From the sequence record JAKSYS010000061.1: a stretch of 32,000 nt of DNA; one strand, given 5' to 3'. Made by a program: the position numbers and the translations under genes. Below the pieces are notes generated by a model. It did no database searches. It was not told the origin of the DNA and saw only the letters and a program-made list of their open reading frames with translations. The number at the start of each line of letters is the position of its first letter. The first letter of the stretch is position 1. Of this stretch, positions 24,947 through 32,000 are shown one piece after another.

Positions 24947-27052
24947 CTATTTTGTCTCTATTAAAGATGGATTTTTGAAACTTGTTTTAAAATTTCGTGA
25001 ACCAGTTCCTGCTGGAATTAAATGACCGATAATTATATTTTCTTTTAACCCACGTAACCAATCTATACGCCCTTCAATTGCAGCTTTTGTCAAAACTCTT
25101 GTTGTTTCTTGAAAACTTGCCGCAGAAATAAAACTAGGATTGTTTAAGGCAGCTCGAGTAATTCCAAATAATAAAGGTAAATAATATGCTACTTGTTTTT
25201 GTTCTTTTTCTACTATTTTATTTATGTATTGAATATGGTATAAATCAACAACTTCTCGTTTTAATAATGGAGTATCACCTTCATCAGTAATTAAAACTTT
25301 TGTAGTCATTTGTTTAATTATAACTTCAATATGTTTATCATTAATTGTAACACCTTGAGATTCGTATACACTTTGAACTGAATTTAAGATAAATGATTGA
25401 ACTTTTTTAAAACTTTTATAGTTTCCTTCAAAATTATTAATCAATCGAGCATATTTAACTGATTGGTCTTTATCGCAGAAAAATGGTTTCATAAAACCAT
25501 AATAATTGAAATAAACTTTTATTAATTTATGAGGGTTTATTTTTTCATTTTCTTTAATAGGCGTACCTAATTTATGGAATTCAAAATTTTCATCTAAACT
25601 TGTTCTTTGAGTTAGTAAACCTTTCTTTTGACTAGTGGGTATTCGTTTAACAACTTGATTTTTTTTTCTAGCTTCTAATATTTCTTCAATCCTCGGTAAA
25701 CCTTGGACAATATCTCCTGTTATTTCTTTTTCAAGATTTAATAATCCAATGGTATCTCCATCTTCTAAAAATTGATTATTTTGACAGAAAACACTATTCA
25801 GTTCTTGTTCAAAAAAATCTTCTGTTATCGAATATAAACCAATAGATTTTGTTGATTTTGTAAATGGATATTCCATAAATTTTACAAAGGTTAAACGGGA
25901 TTGTTCTGAATTTAAAACATCGACTTCAGAATTACGAATTAATAATGTTCGATCAAGTTTTAACTTTGTTCTTTTTGGATATGTAAATAAATTTGAATCA
26001 ATTAAAGACGCTTCAATTTTATCTGATGGTTTAACACCAATAGTAAACTGTTTTAAAAATCGTGGAATCATACAACTATATAGTTTTCCATTTCTTTTTA
26101 AAAACATTTTTGAAAATTCAATCTTAAGTGAAAAATCTAATTGATTACTAATAAGTTGCCAATTGGGCAAATTATCAGAACAGATTTTTGGACTTGTTTC
26201 AACTAATATCTTTAAACGATCATAATGATTTAAAAATAATTTTCTGTTTGTTTTAATTCGACTTTTAATTCGTTTTAAAGGAATTGTTTTATATTGTAAA
26301 TTACTTTGTGTATTTAATTCTTCAGTTTTACATTTAGGAAAAAAATAAGGTCGTCCTTTTTGTATAGTAAAAAATTTATCGTTTTCAATTATTATTTTTC
26401 CTACATGATTTGTATCAGTACTATTAATAATAAAATCATTAATCTTTTTGGTCGGAAGTTTACTTTTTTCTATAGTTATACAATTATCATTTGAAATTAA
26501 TAAAATTTGTTTTATATCTTGATTACTAATTTTAACTTTTACAATTTCTAAAGGTTTTGAAGTGACAGACTCTATATAAACTAAAGTAGTATAAATATCT
26601 ATGAATTGATTTTTTTGGATTAAGGAAGATGATTCTAAATTCTTATATTTTAAAGTTGGTGAAACATAAGAATTTAAATTTAGTTTATTAATTGTTTGGA
26701 AATTAACAGACTGTTGTTTTTTATTATTAATCAATTCGATAGTCAAATTTTTTGAAAAAGATTGATTGATTTTAAGATATAAAAATTCAGTAACCAAGTT
26801 TAGAGGATTATTAGTTTGAATTTTTTGATTTGATTTGTATACAAAATGGGCGTTTGAATTAACTTGTAATTTTTGTTCGATTAAACTCTGATTTTTAAAG
26901 ATACTATTAACTTTTTCAATATGAGGAAATTCATATAATTGAATTGAACGAATTAATAACTGTCCTCCATTTTTTCCATTTATTTGTTCACAAACAGATG
27001 GTTCACTAATTGTTATAGTTGAAAATATTTGTTCACCAGGAAAAATAATTTT
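24947..27052 (-). CDS. rpoC2: RNA polymerase beta'' subunit, C-terminal segment
   Basis: This frame is open from 27052, which is 85 codons upstream of the ORF-track TTG at 26797 (KIIFPGEQIFSTITISEPSVCEQINGKNGG...). There is no ATG near its 5' end. The C-terminus has conserved beta'' sequence (PSFISAASFQETTRVLTKAAIEGRIDWLRGLKENIIIGHLIPAGTG). Confidence 0.85.
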   Translation of the reverse strand, partial: KIIFPGEQIFSTITISEPSVCEQINGKNGGQLLIRSIQLYEFPHIEKVNSIFKNQSLIEQKLQVNSNAHFVYKSNQKIQTNNPLNLVTEFLYLKINQSFSKNLTIELINNKKQQSVNFQTINKLNLNSYVSPTLKYKNLESSSLIQKNQFIDIYTTLVYIESVTSKPLEIVKVKISNQDIKQILLISNDNCITIEKSKLPTKKINDFIINSTDTNHVGKIIIENDKFFTIQKGRPYFFPKCKTEELNTQSNLQYKTIPLKRIKSRIKTNRKLFLNHYDRLKILVETSPKICSDNLPNWQLISNQLDFSLKIEFSKMFLKRNGKLYSCMIPRFLKQFTIGVKPSDKIEASLIDSNLFTYPKRTKLKLDRTLLIRNSEVDVLNSEQSRLTFVKFMEYPFTKSTKSIGLYSITEDFFEQELNSVFCQNNQFLEDGDTIGLLNLEKEITGDIVQGLPRIEEILEARKKNQVVKRIPTSQKKGLLTQRTSLDENFEFHKLGTPIKENEKINPHKLIKVYFNYYGFMKPFFCDKDQSVKYARLINNFEGNYKSFKKVQSFILNSVQSVYESQGVTINDKHIEVIIKQMTTKVLITDEGDTPLLKREVVDLYHIQYINKIVEKEQKQVAYYLPLLFGITRAALNNPSFISAASFQETTRVLTKAAIEGRIDWLRGLKENIIIGHLIPAGTGSRNFKTSFKNPSLIETK

Positions 27053-27167
27053 TTAATTTTGTTGAGAGCTTTTTCCTTTTATTTTAGAAGAAATTTTTTA
27101 CCTTCATAAATTAATCCTGATTTAATTGTTAAAGTTTGAATAATATTATTTTTTTGATTTGTAACAA

Positions 27168-29273
27168 CTAGACCTGAAGTTTTGAAAAACGATCTGGGGT
27201 TATTTCAAAATTTTTAGAAATAAAATCTCCATTTTTAACTAATAAAACATTAGGCTCGCAATTAACATTATGATTTTCTTCATCTAACCAAATTAACGTC
27301 CTATAATAATTTATAGGAAAAGAACTGTCATAGCCTAGTTCTTCTCTTTTTAAGGACGTTTCAACCTTTCGATCACCTATCTTAGAATTAAATTTTGATT
27401 TTTTAGTATTATCTTTATCAATCAGCAATTCATAATCATTTTTATGATCACAAAAATATACTTTATTTTTTAAATTATTAAATCGCGTAATATTTCGCCA
27501 ATCATAAAAAACAATACCCCCAGTTTTGGTTGTGTAAGCATTTGTAATCAATTTTGCAAACTTTTGCTTACGAGTAATTTTCAAATATGTTTTTAAATTC
27601 TTAACTGTTGTATTAAGTAAATATTTACGTTCTTCAAGATTTAAAATACTCGTGGCATTTCCAATATGATTTAATAAATGTTGAAAACTCGTATTAAATA
27701 ATGTGTAAATATTATTTTGAATTAAGATTTGACGTTGGTATAAAGTTTTTTTTGAATTGATATACTTAATATTACCAGAGTATGAATTTATTACTTTTGT
27801 TCGAAAAATATAGCTATCTTTATTAAGTTTATAATCTGAATAGAAATTAAGATAAGAATTCTTTGGACTATTGTATAATTGACCTGAAAGTAACCATAAT
27901 AATTTGTTATTATTTAAACTATTTAATCTAGTTTTCAATTTTGGTATAACAATTTCTCCAGATGTATTTGAAACAATAGGCTTAATTTCTCGTTTTAATT
28001 GTTTATTTGTATTAATTAATTCTCCAATAACAGTATCTTTTTGAATATATTGATTATGTTTGGGGAATAAAATGGTATTCCGTGATAGTTCTATTTTGCT
28101 AATATTTTGATTTGGTGAATCTGGAATTAAAATTAAAGAACCTGAATTTTTTGTAACTAAAACATCCTCACCTCGATTTGTTCTTAAAACAACAGTTTCT
28201 AAGAATTTTGAAAATTGAATGACACCATTTACCGGACTGATAATTTGTTGACGGGCTTCAGATGTAAAAATACCACCTGTATGAAAAGTACGCATGGTTA
28301 ATTGTGTACCAGGTTCACCAATAGATTGACCTGCTAAAATACCTACTGCTTCACCGATATCTACTAAATTTTCTGTAGATAAATCCCACCCGTAACATTG
28401 TTGACAAATGGCTCTATATAATTTACAAGTTAAAGGAGAGCGTAAATATATTTGAGGAATTTTTTTCAGCTTTAACGTTTCAAATAATAAAGGTGTTATT
28501 TGGGAATTTTTTTCAGCAATTATTTTTAAACTGTTAGGATCTTTTATTGGCTTGTTTAAAATTCGACCAACAATTTTTTTAGAAAATTCTGTAGAAAGAA
28601 CAAGGACAGAATGATTTGTAATACAATCTTTTTCACGAATTAAAATATCTTGAGCAACATCAATTAGACGACGTGTTAAATAACCAGAATTGGCTGTTTT
28701 TAATGCAGTATCTACGATACCTTTTCGTGCGCCGTACCCAGACATTAAATAATCTGTAATTGTTAATCCTTCCCGAAAATTTTGTTTAATTGGCAAATTC
28801 ATAATTTCACCACTAGGATCAGACATAAGTCCACGCATACCTACTAATTGCCGAACTTGAGATAAATTGCCACGTGCTCCAGAAAACGCCATTATATAAA
28901 CAGAATTTAAAGGATCATATTTTTTAAAGTAATTAATAACTTGATCTTTCAAAGATTCACTTGTTAAACTCCAGGTATCGATAATTTTTTGAAATCGTTC
29001 AACTTCTGTTATTTTTCCTTTTAAAAAAATTTTTTCAGAATTTCTAATTTCTTGATTAGCTTTTTCTAGCATCAAGTTTTTAATAAAAGGAACACGCAGA
29101 TCTTCAATGCTAATAGAAATTCCTGCAGTAGTTGCGTATTTAAATCCTAAATATTTTAGTTCATCAGCTAAAGAACATGCCTGCATTGAATCATAGGTAG
29201 TAAAACTCCAACCAAGGATTTGACGTAACTGTTTTTTGCCTACTAAATTATTTTGATAAATATAATTTTTCAT
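27168..29273 (-). CDS. rpoC2: RNA polymerase beta'' subunit, N-terminal segment
   Basis: 701-aa ATG ORF with conserved blocks (GARGNLSQVRQLVGMRGLMSDPSGEI, GEAVGILAGQSIGEPGTQLTMRTFHTGG). It ends at TAG 27168-27170, although coding-like sequence continues in another frame. Confidence 0.9.
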   Translation of the reverse strand: MKNYIYQNNLVGKKQLRQILGWSFTTYDSMQACSLADELKYLGFKYATTAGISISIEDLRVPFIKNLMLEKANQEIRNSEKIFLKGKITEVERFQKIIDTWSLTSESLKDQVINYFKKYDPLNSVYIMAFSGARGNLSQVRQLVGMRGLMSDPSGEIMNLPIKQNFREGLTITDYLMSGYGARKGIVDTALKTANSGYLTRRLIDVAQDILIREKDCITNHSVLVLSTEFSKKIVGRILNKPIKDPNSLKIIAEKNSQITPLLFETLKLKKIPQIYLRSPLTCKLYRAICQQCYGWDLSTENLVDIGEAVGILAGQSIGEPGTQLTMRTFHTGGIFTSEARQQIISPVNGVIQFSKFLETVVLRTNRGEDVLVTKNSGSLILIPDSPNQNISKIELSRNTILFPKHNQYIQKDTVIGELINTNKQLKREIKPIVSNTSGEIVIPKLKTRLNSLNNNKLLWLLSGQLYNSPKNSYLNFYSDYKLNKDSYIFRTKVINSYSGNIKYINSKKTLYQRQILIQNNIYTLFNTSFQHLLNHIGNATSILNLEERKYLLNTTVKNLKTYLKITRKQKFAKLITNAYTTKTGGIVFYDWRNITRFNNLKNKVYFCDHKNDYELLIDKDNTKKSKFNSKIGDRKVETSLKREELGYDSSFPINYYRTLIWLDEENHNVNCEPNVLLVKNGDFISKNFEITPDRFSKLQV

Positions 29274-29286
29274 AGAAATTTAATAA

Positions 29287-31377
29287 TTATAAAAAATTTA
29301 AAGTTTTTTGAATCGTATAATTTAAGATAACCCGGCCGGTAGTAGTTTGAATATATTGAACAATTTTCTCACCTTCTGCACTTTTCCTAATTTGTAAATT
29401 ATCAGAATACTCAATAGATGTACCATCACTTAATTTTTGAACTTTAGTACTATTGATTGACTCAGTGGTATCTCCAGAATAGCGAACCCAGATCGAACTA
29501 TGAAGTTCTAATTTATCTTGATCATAAGCCAAAATAACATCTTCTAAACTAGAAAAATAATGATTTGCTCCTAATAAATTCGGAATACTAGTTACTGTTA
29601 AATAATAACATCCTAAAACCATATCCTGACTGGGCATAATAATTGGATCACCATTCGATGGTGATAAAAAATTATAAGGTGCCAACATTAGCATATAGCA
29701 TTCTGCCTGAGCTTCCAAAGATAAAGGAATATGTACAGCCATCTGATCGCCATCAAAATCCGCATTAAAAGCAGAACATACTAAAGGATGTAACTTAATA
29801 GCACGGCCTTGAATTAATATAGGTTCAAATGCTTGAATACCTAAACGGTGTAATGTGGGTGCACGATTTAAAAAAATGGGATGATTTGTTAATACTTTTT
29901 CTAATACAGGATCTATAATAGGTTCATTTTGTTGAATTAAATTTTTAGCAATTTTCATGTTACTAGCTAAACCTTGATTTATTAATTCTCTAATAATAAA
30001 AGGTTGAAATAATTCTAAAGCCATTTCATAAGGTAAACCACACTGATTTAATTTTAGAGTGGGACCTACCACAATAACAGAACGACCGGAATAATCTACC
30101 CGTTTCCCTAATAAGTTTTGACGAAAACGACCATATTTACCTTTAATAATATCTGATAACGATTTTAACGGTCGGTTATTTGCACTTAAAGCAATTTTAC
30201 CTCGTTTACCATTATCAATTAAAGTATCAACAGCTTCTTGTAACATCCTTTTTTCATTTCGAATAATTAACTGAGGTGCATCAATTTCTAATAATCTTAA
30301 TAACCTATTATTACGTGTAATTATTCGACGATATAATTCATTTAAATCTGATGTAGCAAAACGGCCACCTTCTAATTGAATCATAGGCCGTAATGCAGGT
30401 GGAATTACTGGTAAGATTGTTAAAATCATCCATGCAGGATTAGCTCCAGTACCCACCAAATTTTCTAATATTCGAATTCTTTTAATTGCCTGTTCACGTA
30501 ATTTATATAACCGTTGCTGTTCCCATTTTCGGAACCATTGTGAAAAATCATAATGAGGAGATTTTTTATTTAAGGTTTCGGTACAATCAGATACAAAAAG
30601 TCTTGTTCTATAAATTTCTGTTTTTAAATTTAAACGTTCTAATTCACGTTTAATGAGTGGTGCTCCAATTAAAAAATTTGGTGTCGCTCTTAATAAATAT
30701 TTTGGTGTACTATAACGTCTACTTTGAGGTTTGGGGTAAGGTTTTAATGGATAATCTGTCGCCCCTATTAAACGAAAATAACGATATTGCTGAAGATCCC
30801 AATGTAAGCCATAAAATGAAATTTCATCTTCAGCAATAAAATAAGTAATCGAAGCTAACTTTATTCGTTTAATTCGTTCATCCCAAAGTTCAACAATAGT
30901 GGACGTCGTTGGTTTTAAATATCCACATCTAGTACAACGTTCAGAATAAAGTGTGTATGCTGTATTAAATGTTTTTTCACTGTCCTCAACCTCCAATAAT
31001 AAAGCTAAAAAATTGGGCCTGCTATTTATATACCAAACATGAGCTACAGGATAAATTAAATTAATGTAACCCATTCGATGACGACGAACTCGAGATTCTG
31101 TTAACTCAACACCGCAACGCTCACAAATTAAACCTTCATAGCGAACACGTTTATATTTACCGCAAGCACACTCTAAACTTTTACTAGGTCCAAATATTCG
31201 TTCACAAAATAAACCATCCATTTCTGGCTTAAATGTACGGTAATTTATGGTTTCAGATTTTTGCACTTCTCCAACAAATTGACCATTAGGTAATCGACGA
31301 TTTGCCCATTGTAAGATTCGTAACGGAGACGCTAACTTTATTTTAATGTAATCAAATTCTTTTACAAATTGTATCAT
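29287..31377 (-). CDS. rpoC1: RNA polymerase beta' (gamma) subunit
   Basis: 696-aa ORF with the zinc-binding Cys cluster (CACGKYK...CERCGVE) and the catalytic NADFDGDQM motif. Confidence 0.97.
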   Translation of the reverse strand: MIQFVKEFDYIKIKLASPLRILQWANRRLPNGQFVGEVQKSETINYRTFKPEMDGLFCERIFGPSKSLECACGKYKRVRYEGLICERCGVELTESRVRRHRMGYINLIYPVAHVWYINSRPNFLALLLEVEDSEKTFNTAYTLYSERCTRCGYLKPTTSTIVELWDERIKRIKLASITYFIAEDEISFYGLHWDLQQYRYFRLIGATDYPLKPYPKPQSRRYSTPKYLLRATPNFLIGAPLIKRELERLNLKTEIYRTRLFVSDCTETLNKKSPHYDFSQWFRKWEQQRLYKLREQAIKRIRILENLVGTGANPAWMILTILPVIPPALRPMIQLEGGRFATSDLNELYRRIITRNNRLLRLLEIDAPQLIIRNEKRMLQEAVDTLIDNGKRGKIALSANNRPLKSLSDIIKGKYGRFRQNLLGKRVDYSGRSVIVVGPTLKLNQCGLPYEMALELFQPFIIRELINQGLASNMKIAKNLIQQNEPIIDPVLEKVLTNHPIFLNRAPTLHRLGIQAFEPILIQGRAIKLHPLVCSAFNADFDGDQMAVHIPLSLEAQAECYMLMLAPYNFLSPSNGDPIIMPSQDMVLGCYYLTVTSIPNLLGANHYFSSLEDVILAYDQDKLELHSSIWVRYSGDTTESINSTKVQKLSDGTSIEYSDNLQIRKSAEGEKIVQYIQTTTGRVILNYTIQKTLNFL

Positions 31378-31385
31378 GGGTTTTA

Positions 31386-32000
31386 TTAAAATGATATGTC
31401 AGTTAAATTTGAGGCTGGAGAAAAGGTTTTTAAAAACGAGTTGTATTTTTCAATCAGGTTAACTTCAACTTCATAATTAGTTTGAGAACTAAATTTCTCA
31501 AATTTATAGGTACTCATGTCTAAACCAATTGCTCTTAATTCTTGTAATAAAACTTTAAAAGATTCTGGAATACCAAATTTAGAGATTTGTTGACCTTTAA
31601 CAATAGCATTTAGAGTTTCATTTCGACCTTGCATATCATCTGATTTAATCGTTAATAATTCTTTCAATGTAAAAGCAGCACCAAAACCTTCTAATGCCCA
31701 AACCTCCATTTCACCAAATCTTTGACCACCATGTTGTGCTTTTCCTCGTAATGGTTGTTGGGTTATTAATGAATAAGGTCCGGTAGCTCTGGCATGCATT
31801 TTATCGTCAACTAAGTGAATTAGTTTTAACATATAAGCATTTCCTATAGTAACTGGGTTTTCAAATTCTTTACCAGTACGACCATCTAAAAGAACCATTT
31901 TTCCAGGAGCATAAGGATTAAATAACCAACTCTCATCATTTACAATTGAAGCTTGACGTAACTTTTTATTGATTAATATACGTGACATTTCTAAACCATA
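31386..32000 (-). CDS. rpoB: RNA polymerase beta subunit, 3' part (5' end lies outside the window)
   Basis: The frame is open to the window edge ([10 protein letters not shown]...). Conserved beta C-terminal blocks are present ([37 protein letters not shown]). Confidence 0.95.
   Translation of the reverse strand, partial: YGLEMSRILINKKLRQASIVNDESWLFNPYAPGKMVLLDGRTGKEFENPVTIGNAYMLKLIHLVDDKMHARATGPYSLITQQPLRGKAQHGGQRFGEMEVWALEGFGAAFTLKELLTIKSDDMQGRNETLNAIVKGQQISKFGIPESFKVLLQELRAIGLDMSTYKFEKFSSQTNYEVEVNLIEKYNSFLKTFSPASNLTDISF

Noticed and set aside
26795-26797. TTG at 26797 as the start of an independent C-terminal rpoC2 ORF
   Set aside because: The same frame stays open and coding-like for 85 more codons upstream, to 27052. 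The TTG is therefore an artefact of ORF calling, not a supported initiation site.
27053-27081. Reassigned stop codon (a variant genetic code) as the explanation for the in-frame TAA in rpoC2
   Set aside because: TAA and TAG end the other well-defined genes in the window at their expected positions. No other conserved gene shows an internal stop.

Overview
The window is AT-rich, gene-dense, intron-free plastid DNA of the red-algal-derived type. It has form ID rbcL/rbcS, sufBC, ftsH, thiG, ycf genes and a complete atpIHGFDA cluster. Gene order is thiG-trnN-rps6 / ccsA / psaC-psbY-rrn5-rnl-trnA-trnI-rns-ycf89-trnP-ycf45-rpl20-rpl35-ycf42-psaE / ftsH / rbcS-rbcL / sufB-sufC-atpI-H-G-F-D-A / rps2-rpoC2-rpoC1-rpoB. 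From memory this order fits a diatom (or close ochrophyte) chloroplast best; the rRNA operon is probably part of the inverted repeat, but that cannot be seen in one window. I found no mobile elements, CRISPR arrays, defence islands or foreign-looking DNA. The main observation is that five conserved genes (ccsA, ycf89, ycf42, ftsH, rpoC2) are each broken by single-nucleotide frame changes at A/T homopolymer runs of 5-7 nt. In every case conserved coding sequence continues in the new frame. rpoC2 also carries a stop codon that no single homopolymer length change removes. Homopolymer miscalls in the assembly are the most likely cause; real slippage-dependent expression or a genuinely split rpoC2 are less likely. 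Other points: ycf42 is peroxiredoxin-like but has lost its catalytic Cys and Arg. Several long perfect stem-loops sit at gene ends, including a 76-nt perfect palindrome whose right arm encodes the last 11 codons and stop codon of rps2. psbY and the C-terminal third of ycf42 are absent from the ORF track.
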